From Anaeramoeba ignava BMAN (taxonomy: Eukaryota; Protista; Anaeramoebae): DNA of 59,773 bases. The position numbers and the translations under genes were made by a program. The stretch is taken from positions 1-59,773 of the forward strand of contig JAPDFW010000035.1 of assembly GCA_028826165.1 (NCBI GenBank), written 5' to 3'. This document shows, piece by piece, positions 46,453 to 58,153 of the stretch (within the stretch, counting starts at the first letter, position 1; every line of letters starts with the position of its first letter). The notes beneath the pieces are model-generated. The model saw only the letters and a program-made list of their open reading frames with translations. It did not search any database and was not told the DNA's origin.

Positions 46453-49400
46453 ATGTCATCTATTGCCGTTGCAGAATTTGAATTTGAAGCTCATGAAGAT
46501 GGTGAACTTAAAATTGTTCCTGGTGATAGAATTGTTGTTACTGCAAAAGATGAAGCTTCTGGTTGGTGGACTGGTTATTTAGAAAATGATCCTCAACAAA
46601 TTCAAGGTTTATTTCCTTGGAAGTAAATTAATTTCTTTTTATTTTTTTTTTATTGAATTTCAAAATCAATTTAATTAATTACTTGATTGTAAATTTAATT
46701 ACAAATCTAAATTTTGAATATAAATATAATTATAAATATAAATATAAATATAAATATAAATATAAATATAAATATAAATATAAATATAAATATAAATATA
46801 AATATAAATATAAATATAAATATAAATATAAATTTCATAAATATAAATATAAATATAAATATAAATATAAAATATAAATATAAATATAAATATATAAATA
46901 TAAATATAAATATAAATATAAATATAAATATAAATATAAATATAAATATAAATATAAATATAAATATAAATATAATTATAAATATAAATATAAATATAAT
47001 TATAAATATTATAATTATAAATATAAATATAAATATAAATAATAAATATAAATATAAAATATAAAATAAATAATAAATATAATTATATAAAATAAAATAT
47101 AAAAATAAAATATAAACATAAAAATAAAATAAAATATAAATATAAAACATAAATATATAAATATAAAAAAAACAAAAATGATAAAATAAATATAAATATA
47201 AATATAAAATAAATGCAAAAATAAACATAAACATAAAATATAAAATATAAATAAAATATATAAATATAAAATAAAATATAAATATAAATATAAATATAAA
47301 TATAAATATAAATTATAAATATATAAAATTATAAATATAAAAATATAAATATAAATATAAATATAAATATAAAATATAAATATAAATATAAATATAAATT
47401 ATAAAATAAATATAAAATATAAATATAAATATAAATATAAATATAAATATAAATATAAATAAAAATATAAAATATAAATAAAATAAATATAAATATAAAA
47501 TATAAATATAAATATAAATATAAATATAAATATAAATATAAATATAAATATAAATATAAATATAAATATAAATATAAATATAAATATAAATATAAATATA
47601 AATATAAATATAAATATAAATATAAATATAAATTTTAAAATAAATATAAATATAAAATAAAAATAAAATAAATAAATATAAAAATTTTAAAATAAATATA
47701 AATTTAATTTATTAAATGAAAAGTTATGTAAAAGAAGTAGACTCACAAAATGAAGTTCAAGAAACAGAAACACAAGAAAATAAAGGCAAAAAAAGCAAAA
47801 AACAAACGAAAAAAGAACAAAAAGAAAAACAAAAAGAAGAAAAAGAAAAACAAAAAGAAGAAAAAAAGAAACAAAAAGAAAAACAAAAAGAGAAACAATT
47901 ATCTCGACCCGACTCAATGTCTTCTATACCAACAGTAGAAGAAGAAATAGGGGATATCCAAGAGAGTTTCAATTTATCAAACCCAGGTTTTGTTTGGGAA
48001 GGACTTGATAATTCCCAAAATTTGCAAATTTCCGTTACAGGCGTTGTCGAAAAAGGAAGGTTTTCTAAAAAGCCTTACTATACTATCGAAGTTTGTTATA
48101 ACTTTTACAAAAAGAATATTTTTTCAAATTTGATCATTTCCCATTTTTTTCTGATCAATTTATTCAATATTTTTTTTCCTAAATTTTTCCGAAATTTTTT
48201 TCAATTTTTTTATTTTAAAGTCTTCGGGAACAAAATGCCAGTTTAAATGGAATGAATTCGAATGGCTTTATAATCAGTATCTTAGACTCTATCCAAATAT
48301 TAATATTCCTCCTTTAATGGAATATAAAATTCATCGTAAAAACTTAACAAAATTTTTTCACATTTCAAATGATCTTTTTTTTTGACTTAAATTTTTATTC
48401 TTGAAAAAAGCCTTACATACAGGATTTGAAACAAAGGAAAAAATGCGCATGTTCTCTATTCAACAATTCTTGCAAAGGATTGGCAGTCATCCAATTTTAA
48501 GACAAGCATTTTTTTTGCAAATTTTTCTCAAATCGACAGATGAAAAGGTTTATTAATTTAAATCAAAACAAAATAGTTTTGAATATGAATTTGTGAATAA
48601 TTTTAATGTTTGGTTTTCGTTTGTTTGATTTTATGCAGAGATGGGCAAAAGATAAAAAGGAACTTGAGAAGAAATTCAGACATTTTTGGAGAACTGTCAA
48701 ATGTGATCATATTCCTGATATGAATCTTAATCAAACTTTGGATCAATTCCGTTCACATGTTTATAGTTTTAATCAGAAAATCAAGAACTTGAATGGTGTT
48801 GTAACTGAAATTACTGCAAATCGTTATTTAGGTAATTTTAATTTTCAAAATGAATTTTAATTTTAATTTTAATTTTAATTTAATTTTTATCCGATTTTAA
48901 TTTTAATTTTAAATGAATTTTAATATTAATTATAATTTTAATTTTAATTTTTATCCGATTTTAATTTTAATTTAAATTTCGATTTTTAATTAATTTTAAT
49001 TTTAATTTTAATTTTAAATGAATTTTGATTTTTAATTTTAATTTTAATTTTAATTTTTATCCGATTTTAATTTTAATTTTAATTTTAATTTTAATTTAAT
49101 TTTAATAATAATTTTAATTTTAATTTTTAATTGAATCCGATTTTAATTTTAATTTTAATTTTAATTTTATTTTTAATTTTAATTTTAATTTTAATTTAAA
49201 TTTTTGATTTTTATCCGATTTTAATTTTTAATTTTAATTTTTATCCGATTTTAATTTTAATTTAATTTTAAATTTTAATTTTAATTATTTTTTAATAATT
49301 TTAATTTAAATTTCAAAATGAATTTTAATTTTAATTTTAATTTTAATTTTAGAAATGAATTCTAGTTTGTTAAAGTTATCCGCTGCTTGGAGAGAATTTG

Positions 49401-51025
49401 GAAATACTGATTTTGATTGGAGAAAAGATGTTCCATCAAAAGCCAAAGAAACAGATGAAGATTTGACTTCTGTTTTTACTGCTGTTGGTGATGCATGGGA
49501 ACAAATTGGAAAATCATTTTTAACTCAAGTAAAAAAATTCAATTCAATTAAATCAAATTAAAATTAAAATTATTATAATTTAAATTAAAATTAAAATTAA
49601 ATTAAAAATTAAATTAAAAATTAAATTAAAATTAAAATTAAATTAAATTAAAATTAAATTAAATTAAAATTAAAATTAAAATTAAATCAAAATTAAAATT
49701 AAAATTAAATTTAAATTAAAATTAAAATCAAAATTAAAATTAAAATTAAATCAAAATTAAAATTAAATCAAATATTTAAATCAAAATCAAAATTAAAATT
49801 ATAATTTAAATCAAAATTAAAAATAAAATTAAATTAAATTTAAAAATCAAATTAAATTAAATTAAAATTAAAATTAAATTAAAATCAAAAAAATTAAAAT
49901 CAAAATCAAAATCAAAAATTAAAATCGGATAAAAATTAAAAAATTAAAATTAAATTAAAATTTAAATTATAATTTAAATCAAAATTAAAAATAAAAATTA
50001 AAATTAAATCAAAATTTATTGAGAAATCAAAATAAAAATTAAAATTAAATTAAAATTTAAATTATAATTTAAATCAAAATTAAAAATAAAAATTAAAATT
50101 AAATCAAAATTTATTGAGAAATCAAAATTAAAATTAAAATTATAATAAAAATAAAAATAAAAATAAAAATAAAAATTAAAATTAAAATTAAAATTAAATT
50201 AAAATTAAAATTAAAATTAAATCAAAATTAAAAATAAAATTAAAATTAAATCAAATATTTAAATCAAAATTAAAATTAAAATTATAATCAAAATCAAAAT
50301 CAAAATTTAAATCAAAATAAAAATTAAAATTAAAATCAAATCTAAAAATTTAAATCAAAATTAAAATTAAAATCAAAAATTAAAATAAAAATAAAAATTA
50401 TAATTAAAATTTAAATTGAATATTTAGTCTAATTTTGAAGTTGATCACATTTCAATTCCTCTTCAAGAATATGATCGTATTATTTCTAATTTTACTGGTC
50501 CTTTTAAATTAAGAGATCGAGCTCAATTAGATTATCATGAATCACAAAATTCATTAATTCATTTGGAAAAAAGTCGACTTGATTCAGTAAAAAAATTTAA
50601 TTAAAAAAATTTTATTGAAAAATTTAATTAAAAAAATTTTTTTCCGATTTTTATTTTCATTTTCATTTTCAAAATAAAAGGAAAAAGAAAGACAAAAACT
50701 TGATGCAGCAAGAGAAAGAACAAAGAAATGCAAATTCGCAACTGATACAATGATTAATATTGGAGTTGCAGAAACTGTAAAAAAAAATATAATTGAAAAA
50801 TTTTAATTGAAAAATTTTAATTGAAAAAATTTAATTGAAAAATTTGATTTAATTTAATTGAAAAAATAGGAATATTTCCGAGTTACAAGATATCATGATT
50901 TCAAAAAAATGATGCTTGAATACGTTGATTCTCAGATTTCTTTCTACCAAGATATTGTTCAATCCTTCCAAAAGATCAAGCCTTTAATTGAGAAAATTAA
51001 TATCACAAAAGGATTTGATAAATAA
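46453..51025 (+). CDS. SH3-PX-BAR sorting nexin (SNX9/18/33-like); 9 exons: 46453-46622, 47724-48090, 48221-48335, 48411-48547, 48639-48831, 49353-49528, 50428-50586, 50681-50776, 50870-51025
   Basis: Manually spliced with consistent phases. SH3: AEFEFEA..EL..GD..GWW..GLFPWNYV. PX: [33 protein letters not shown] end: [18 protein letters not shown]. Confidence 0.87.
46716..47690. repeat. Intronic (ATATAA)n microsatellite
   Basis: Directly visible. Confidence 0.93.
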
Positions 51026-51209
51026 TTTTTACTTTTCTTTCTTTTCTCTTTTCTTTTTAATCTTTTTTTTAATTTTTGACATTTTTTTTTTCAATTTCAT
51101 TTCATCAAAAAAAAAAACAAATTTTCTTTTTTAATTTGGAAGGATTTTCAAACAAAAAAAAGAATAAGAAATTATTTTGAAACATTCTAAAACAATTTTT
51201 TCTGTTTGG

Positions 51210-52075
51210 AATTTATTTTTGAATTAAATTGAATTTATTTTTGAATTGAAATGAATTTATTTTTTATTTAAATTAAATTTGATTTAAATTGAAATTTATT
51301 TTTGAATTGAATTGAATTTATTTTTGAAATTGAATTAAATTTTTGAATTTATTTATTTTAAATTGAATTAAATTAAAATTGAATTTATTTTTAAATTAAA
51401 TTAAATTGAATTGATTTGATTTTATTTTTTGAATTGAATTTAAATTAAATTTGAATTAAATTAAATTGAATTTATTTTGAATTGAATTGAATTTATTATT
51501 AAATTGAATTTATTTTTGAATTGAATTGAAATTTGAATTTTTTTTTTGATTTTTGAATATTGAAATGAATATTAAATTGAATTTATTTTTAAATTAAATT
51601 GAATTTATTTTTGAATTAAATTGAATTTGATTGTATTAAATTGAATTTAATTTATTTTTAATTAAATTATTTTTGAAATTGAATTTATTTTTGAATTGAT
51701 TTTGAATTGAATTTAATTTTGAATATTATTGAAAATGAATTTATTTTTTTTAAATTGAATTGAATTTTATTTTTTTTAAATTGAATTGAATTTATTTTTA
51801 AATGATTTAAATTGAAAATTGAATTTATTTTTGAATTGAAATTGAATTTATTTTTTAAATTGAAATTGAATTTATTTTTGAAATTGAATTTAAATTATTT
51901 TTTTGAATTAAATTGAATTGATTTTTAAATTGAATTAAATTGAATTGATTTTTGAAATTGAATTTATTTATTTTTGAATTTGAATTGAATTGAATTTATT
52001 TTTGATTGAATTGAATTGAATTTATTTTTGAATTTATTTTTGATTTGATTTAAATTGAATTGAATTTATTTTTGA
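51210..52075. repeat. Degenerate (TTGAA)/(TTGAATTTATTT) satellite
   Basis: Directly visible. Confidence 0.88.
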
Positions 52076-52076
52076 A

Positions 52077-54971
52077 TTAATCAAATTTCTCAGATTTATC
52101 ATCATGTGAAACTAAAAGTTTATTTTGAGAAGGTTGATCAACAGAAGTATATTTGGGTTGTTTCTTTTTACGAATCAAAACAATAGCAATAATAACTATT
52201 GCAATTACAACAATAGGAACAATAACAGCTGCTGCAATTACTCCTGCTTTACTAGAACTAGAACTTGTAGTTTGAACTGAATTACCTGCAGTCAAAACAG
52301 CAAGATATGAAGGAGAACCAGAATAACTACTTGCTAAACAATTATCAAGTGCTGATGCAAAAACTGAAATCAAATAAACTTCTCCTTCTTTTAAATTGTT
52401 TTGTGTAAATTCTGTTTGATTTGAATTTAGAAATTCTGTTGTTGAATTGCAACTGAAACAATATCCTTTTAATCCTTCTGATAATAATAATCCATTCCAA
52501 TTACATTTAATTGATGTCTCTGTTGATGAGCAACTTAATGATTCAATATTTCCTAATTTTGCAATCATTGAAACTGATGAACTTGATGGCCCTAATAATG
52601 ATATATTACATGTTGATTCTGAACATCCACTAATTAAAATAGTATAAAGAACATTTCCTGGAATATTATCTTTAATTCCATAAACATTTTCTCCACTTTC
52701 ATTAATTTGATCAAAATGATTCCATGTGTTTCCATTATCAATAGAAATTAAATATCCATAATTTCTTTCAATTTTACTAAAGTTAATTTGGAATTCTTGA
52801 ATTCCTCCATTCCAATATAAAATATTTGGTTTTGTTAATTTTGTTTTAATATTGATTGTTGAAATATCTCCACAATTTAAATTGGAATCACATGCTGAAA
52901 CATTAATTGTATATTCTTCATTTGGAATTAATGCTGTGAAATTGTATGATGTTGTTGTAATTTGAATTGAATTTGAATCATTTGAATCATTTGATGAATA
53001 TGAAAAAGTATAATTTGTTGGAATTCTTGAGCCTGAAGGTTGATTCCAATTACATTCAATATTAATTGAATTTGAAATTGAACAACTTAAATTGTAAACT
53101 TTTCCAAATAAAGTAAATATTGAATTTGAAACAATTTCTCCTTGATTTTGATTTAAACATTCTTCATTTGAACAACCCCAAATTGAAACTGAATAATTTG
53201 TGTTTGATAATAAATTTGAAGTTAGAATTGCAGATTTTGAAGAATTTGGGAATGATAATTGAGTTTGATTTGAAGAATTTGATTGATATGAAATGATGTA
53301 ATGATCAAGTTTTGGAGTTGAATTAAAAAGAGGCACATCAGGATAATCCCAAGAAACAGAAATTTGAGAATTTAATAAAGCAGAAAGTGATAAATTCTTA
53401 ACAGAATCAATTCTTGTTGTTAAATTCCAAGGATTAGAAGCATCACCACAAACATTCATAAAAGAATCACAAGCACGAATTTGGATTGAATAATCAACAT
53501 TTCCAGAAATATTGGGATATTGAGAAGAATTGAATAATTGAGAATAAATTGAATTGTTCAAAAGAGGATTTTGAATTGAAATCCATTGTTGATCATAATA
53601 AATTTGATAATCAAAATTTGAACCAATAATTTGATTCCAATAGCAAGCAAATTGAGAAAATAAAGAAACACAACTTTGAATACTAACTTGAGGAATGGAA
53701 GAAGAAGTAGTAAAAACATAGGATTTTCCTTCGAAAGAATTATTATTCACATTTGCATGAGAAGCACCAACAATAAAGGATGAATAATAGAGATTTACGC
53801 TTTTACCGAAATAGTCACCAATTTGGCCATCACTTGAAAATAAAATTGTTTCATCATTCCAAGCTGAGCCATTATTTTGAAAAATATAAGCTTTTCCTTG
53901 ATAAGTATTATTGTTAGCAGTTGCATAAGGAGCACCAATAATTGAGAAATTAGAAGAAATTTGAACAGAAAGTCCAAAAAAATCACCAGCATTTCCATCA
54001 CTAGCTGTCAAAATTTCTTGTTCAATCCAATTTGAACCATTCATTTCAAAAAGATAAGCTTTCCCTTGATAAAATTTATCTGAAACATTTGCGTAAGGAG
54101 AACCAACAATAAGATAGTCTACATCTTGAGAAATTCCAACTGAATATCCAAAATTATCACCTGAATTACCATCACTAGCTGTCAAAATTTGATTTTCAAT
54201 CCAATTTGTTCCGTTATTTTCAAAAACATAAGATTTTCCTTGTTCAGAAGAGTTCACAACATTTGCAAACGGAGCTCCAATTATAGCATAATTGCTTTGA
54301 GAAATACCAACACTCCAACCAAAACGATTTGATGAATTACCATCACTAGCTGTCAAAATTTGCTTTTCAATCCAATTTGTTCCGTTATTTTGGAAAATAT
54401 AAGCTTTTCCTTGCTCAGAATAATTTCCAACTTGAGCAGCATAAGCACCAACAATAATATAATTATCATCTTGAGAAATTCCAATTGAATATCCAAAAAA
54501 ATCACCAACATTACCATCACTAGCTGTCAAAATTTGCTTTTCAATCCAATTTGTTCCGTTATTTTGAAAAATATAAGTTTTTCCTTGATAATAATTACTT
54601 CCGACTTTGGCAGCAAAAGCACCAACAATAATATAATTTTCATCTTGAGAAATTTGAACAGAAAATCCAAAATTATCACTTGAATTACCATCACTAGCTG
54701 TCAATGTCAAATATTGAACCCAATTTGAACCGTTATTTTGAAAAAGATAGACTTTTCCTTGTTCTGTGTTGTTTCCAACTTGAGATTTTGGTGAACCAAT
54801 AACTGCATAATTTTCTGACATTGAAACTGATTGTCCAAAATCATCATTTGTTTGTCCATCATTTGAAATTAATATTCCTGTTTGTGTCCAAATTAATCCT
54901 GTTGTTGAAATTGAATAATTAAAAAGTATTAAAATTAAAGTTAGAAATGAAAATAAAGTTTTATTATTCAT
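52077..54971 (-). CDS. Type-I membrane protein: signal peptide, FG-GAP (integrin-alpha-like) beta-propeller, FN3-like domains, TM, short tail (964 aa)
   Basis: Seven FGxSV..IIVGA..GKAY repeats; VSWD..Y..L..NTNYSVSI FN3 pattern; TM GVIAAAVIVPIVVIAIVIIAIVLI followed by RKKK. Confidence 0.88.
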   Translation of the reverse strand: MNNKTLFSFLTLILILFNYSISTTGLIWTQTGILISNDGQTNDDFGQSVSMSENYAVIGSPKSQVGNNTEQGKVYLFQNNGSNWVQYLTLTASDGNSSDNFGFSVQISQDENYIIVGAFAAKVGSNYYQGKTYIFQNNGTNWIEKQILTASDGNVGDFFGYSIGISQDDNYIIVGAYAAQVGNYSEQGKAYIFQNNGTNWIEKQILTASDGNSSNRFGWSVGISQSNYAIIGAPFANVVNSSEQGKSYVFENNGTNWIENQILTASDGNSGDNFGYSVGISQDVDYLIVGSPYANVSDKFYQGKAYLFEMNGSNWIEQEILTASDGNAGDFFGLSVQISSNFSIIGAPYATANNNTYQGKAYIFQNNGSAWNDETILFSSDGQIGDYFGKSVNLYYSSFIVGASHANVNNNSFEGKSYVFTTSSSIPQVSIQSCVSLFSQFACYWNQIIGSNFDYQIYYDQQWISIQNPLLNNSIYSQLFNSSQYPNISGNVDYSIQIRACDSFMNVCGDASNPWNLTTRIDSVKNLSLSALLNSQISVSWDYPDVPLFNSTPKLDHYIISYQSNSSNQTQLSFPNSSKSAILTSNLLSNTNYSVSIWGCSNEECLNQNQGEIVSNSIFTLFGKVYNLSCSISNSINIECNWNQPSGSRIPTNYTFSYSSNDSNDSNSIQITTTSYNFTALIPNEEYTINVSACDSNLNCGDISTINIKTKLTKPNILYWNGGIQEFQINFSKIERNYGYLISIDNGNTWNHFDQINESGENVYGIKDNIPGNVLYTILISGCSESTCNISLLGPSSSSVSMIAKLGNIESLSCSSTETSIKCNWNGLLLSEGLKGYCFSCNSTTEFLNSNQTEFTQNNLKEGEVYLISVFASALDNCLASSYSGSPSYLAVLTAGNSVQTTSSSSSKAGVIAAAVIVPIVVIAIVIIAIVLIRKKKQPKYTSVDQPSQNKLLVSHDDKSEKFD

Positions 54972-55188
54972 TTTTATTTTTGCTTTTTTTTTTTAATTTA
55001 TTAAAATAGAATAAAAGAAAAGAAAAGAAAAAAAATGAAATTTAAAAAAAAAAAATGAAAAAAAAAATTTTTTTATTAAATAATGACTAATTATTATTTA
55101 AAAATAAAAATAAAAATAAATAAAAAAAAATTTTTTTTTCATTTTTTCATTCTTCCAATTTTTTCCAATTTTTTCTTATAAAAATAAA

Positions 55189-58047
55189 ATGATTAAAAAT
55201 TTAATCTTATTTCAACTTCTTTTCTTTTTAATAAAAACTCAATTATTTGTAAATGAAACTCAATTAATTTCAAATGATGGTGAATTGAATGATAATTTTG
55301 GAAAATCAGTTTCAATTACTCAAAATTATGCAGTTATTGGTTCACCAAATTCACAAGTTGGAAATAATCCTGAACAAGGAAAAGCTTATATTTTCCAAAA
55401 AAATGGTTCAAATTGGGTTCAATATCTGACATTGACAGCTAGTGATGGTAATTCAGGCGATAATTTTGGATTTTCTGTTCAAATTTCTCAAGATGAAAAT
55501 TATATTATTGTTGGCGCTTATTCAGCAAATTTATGGAATACTTCAAATCAAGGAAAAGCTTATATTTTTCAAAATAACGGAACAAATTGGATTGAAAAGC
55601 AAATTTTGACAGCTAGTGATGGTAATTCAAATGACAATTTTGGATATTCAGTTGGAATTTCTCAAGATGTTAATTATATTATTATTAGTTCGCCTTATGC
55701 AAATGTTAGTAATAATACTTATCAAGGAAAAGCTTATATTTTTCAAAATAACGGAACAAATTGGATTCAACAAGAAATTTTGACAGCTAGTGATGGAAAT
55801 GCTGGAAGTAATTTTGGATATTCACTTTCAATTTCTGGAAATTACACAATTATTGGCGCACCTTATGCAAATGTTGGTGCTAATCTTTCACAAGGAAAAT
55901 CTTATATTTTTCAAAATAACGGAACAAATTGGATTGAAAAGCAAATTTTGACAGCTAGTGATGGTTCTTATAGTGACTATTTTGGATATTCAGTTGGAAT
56001 TTCTCAAGATGATTCCATTATAATTGGAGCACCTGGTGTTGTTTACACAAACTCCTCTAACAAAGGGAAAGCTTATCTTTTTGAAATGAATGGTTCAAAT
56101 TGGATTCAAAACCAAATCCTTATTCCAAATGACTCAAATTTTGCCTCTTTTGGTGTTAGTTCAGCTATTTTCGGGAATTTGAGTATTGTTGGTTCTTATG
56201 GATATCAAAAACTTTCAGAAGGATCAAATGGGAAAGGTTATGTTTTTGAAAAAATGGATTCTGTTTGGACTCAACAATTATCATTATTTCCAAGTGATGG
56301 TACAAATGGTGACTATTTTGGCAAAAGCGTAAATCTCTATAATTCATCCTTTATTGTTGGTGCTTCTCATGCAAATGTGAATAATAATTCTTTACAAGGC
56401 AAATCCTATGTTTTTACTAATTCCTCCTCTATTCCCCAAGTTAATATTCAAAGTTGTGTTTCTTTATTTTCTCAATTTGCTTGCTATTGGAATCAAATTA
56501 TTGGTTCAAATGTTGATTATCAAATTTATTATGATCAACAATGGATTTCAATTCAAAATCCTCTTTTGAACAATTCAATTTATTCTCAATTATTCAATTC
56601 TTCTCAATATCCCAATATTTCTGGAAATGTTGATTATTCAATCCAAATTCGCGCTTGTGATTCTTTTATGAATGTTTGTGGCGATGCTTCTAATCCTTGG
56701 AATTTAACAACAAGAATTGATTCTGTTAAGAATTTATCACTTTCTGCTTTATTAAATTCTCAAATTTCTGTTTCTTGGGATTATCCTGATGTGCCTCTTG
56801 TTAATTCAACTCCAAAACTTGATCATTATATCATTTCATATCAATCAAATTCTTCAAATCAAACTCAATTATCATTCCCAAATTCCTCAAAATCTGCAAT
56901 TCTAACTTCAAATTTATTATCAAATACAAATTATTCAGTTTCAATTTGGGGTTGTTCAAATGAAGAATGTTTAAATCAAAATCAAGGAGAAATTGTTTCA
57001 AATTCAATATTTACTTTATTTGGAAAAGTTTACAATTTAAGTTGTTCAATTTCAAATTCAATTAATATTGAATGTAATTGGAATCAACCTTCAGGCTCAA
57101 GAATTCCAACAAATTATACTTTTTCATATTCATCAAATGATTCAAATGATTCAAATTCAATTCAAGTTACAACAACATCATACAATTTCACAGCATTAAT
57201 TCCAAATGAAGAATATACAATTAATGTTTCAGCATGTGATTCCAATTTAAATTGTGGAGATATTTCAACAATCAATATTAAAACAAAATTAACAAAACCA
57301 AATATTTTATATTGGAATGGAGGAATTCAAGAATTCCAAATTAACTTTAGTAAAATTGAAAGAAATTATGGATATTTAATTTCTATTGATAATGGAAACA
57401 CATGGAATCATTTTGATCAAATTAATGAAAGTGGAGAAAATGTTTATGGAGTTAAAGATAATATTCCAGGAAATGTTCTTTACAATGTTTTAATTAGTGG
57501 ATGTTCAGAATCAACATGTAATATATCATTATTAGGGCCATCAAGTTCATCAGTTTCAATGATTGCAAAATTAGGAAATATTGAATCATTAAGTTGCTCA
57601 GCAATAGATACATCAATTAAATGTAATTGGAATGGATTATTATTATCAGAAGGATTAAAAGGATATTGTTTCAGTTGCAATTCAACAACAGAATTTCTAA
57701 ATTCAAATCAAACAGAATTTACACAAAACAATTTAAAAGAAGGAGAAGTTTATTTGATTTCAGTTTTTGCATCAGCACTTGATAATTGCTCAGTAAGTAA
57801 TTATTCTGGTTCTCCTTCAACTTCTTTGGTACAAATATTTCCACCAAATCCATCTACATCTACTTCTAGTTCTAGTAAAGCAGGAGTAATTGCAGCAGCT
57901 GTTATTGTTCCTATTGTTGTAATTGCAATAGTTATTATTGCTATTGTTTTGATTCGTAAAAAGAAATCTCATCATAAAGAAATTCATCAAGATATGAATT
58001 TAGCTCAAGAAAGATTAATTTCAAGTGATCAAGAAAATCTTGATTAA
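55189..58047 (+). CDS. Paralogous FG-GAP/FN3 type-I membrane protein (952 aa), inverted orientation
   Basis: Same architecture; the FN3 stalk and TM are nearly identical to 52077-54971. Confidence 0.88.
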   Translation: MIKNLILFQLLFFLIKTQLFVNETQLISNDGELNDNFGKSVSITQNYAVIGSPNSQVGNNPEQGKAYIFQKNGSNWVQYLTLTASDGNSGDNFGFSVQISQDENYIIVGAYSANLWNTSNQGKAYIFQNNGTNWIEKQILTASDGNSNDNFGYSVGISQDVNYIIISSPYANVSNNTYQGKAYIFQNNGTNWIQQEILTASDGNAGSNFGYSLSISGNYTIIGAPYANVGANLSQGKSYIFQNNGTNWIEKQILTASDGSYSDYFGYSVGISQDDSIIIGAPGVVYTNSSNKGKAYLFEMNGSNWIQNQILIPNDSNFASFGVSSAIFGNLSIVGSYGYQKLSEGSNGKGYVFEKMDSVWTQQLSLFPSDGTNGDYFGKSVNLYNSSFIVGASHANVNNNSLQGKSYVFTNSSSIPQVNIQSCVSLFSQFACYWNQIIGSNVDYQIYYDQQWISIQNPLLNNSIYSQLFNSSQYPNISGNVDYSIQIRACDSFMNVCGDASNPWNLTTRIDSVKNLSLSALLNSQISVSWDYPDVPLVNSTPKLDHYIISYQSNSSNQTQLSFPNSSKSAILTSNLLSNTNYSVSIWGCSNEECLNQNQGEIVSNSIFTLFGKVYNLSCSISNSINIECNWNQPSGSRIPTNYTFSYSSNDSNDSNSIQVTTTSYNFTALIPNEEYTINVSACDSNLNCGDISTINIKTKLTKPNILYWNGGIQEFQINFSKIERNYGYLISIDNGNTWNHFDQINESGENVYGVKDNIPGNVLYNVLISGCSESTCNISLLGPSSSSVSMIAKLGNIESLSCSAIDTSIKCNWNGLLLSEGLKGYCFSCNSTTEFLNSNQTEFTQNNLKEGEVYLISVFASALDNCSVSNYSGSPSTSLVQIFPPNPSTSTSSSSKAGVIAAAVIVPIVVIAIVIIAIVLIRKKKSHHKEIHQDMNLAQERLISSDQENLD

Positions 58048-58153
58048 TTCAAAAAACAAAACTTGAAAAAAAAAAAATTTTTTTTTTGATCCACTTTTTT
58101 TTTTGCTTTTTTAAAAAAAGAAAAAATAAAACTATTTTTTTTTCAGTTTTTTT

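Noticed and set aside
14319-58047. Inteins in the large ORFs
   Set aside because: No Hint-domain motifs (N-terminal C, TxxH, HN-C/S/T) or unexplained in-frame insertions were recognised
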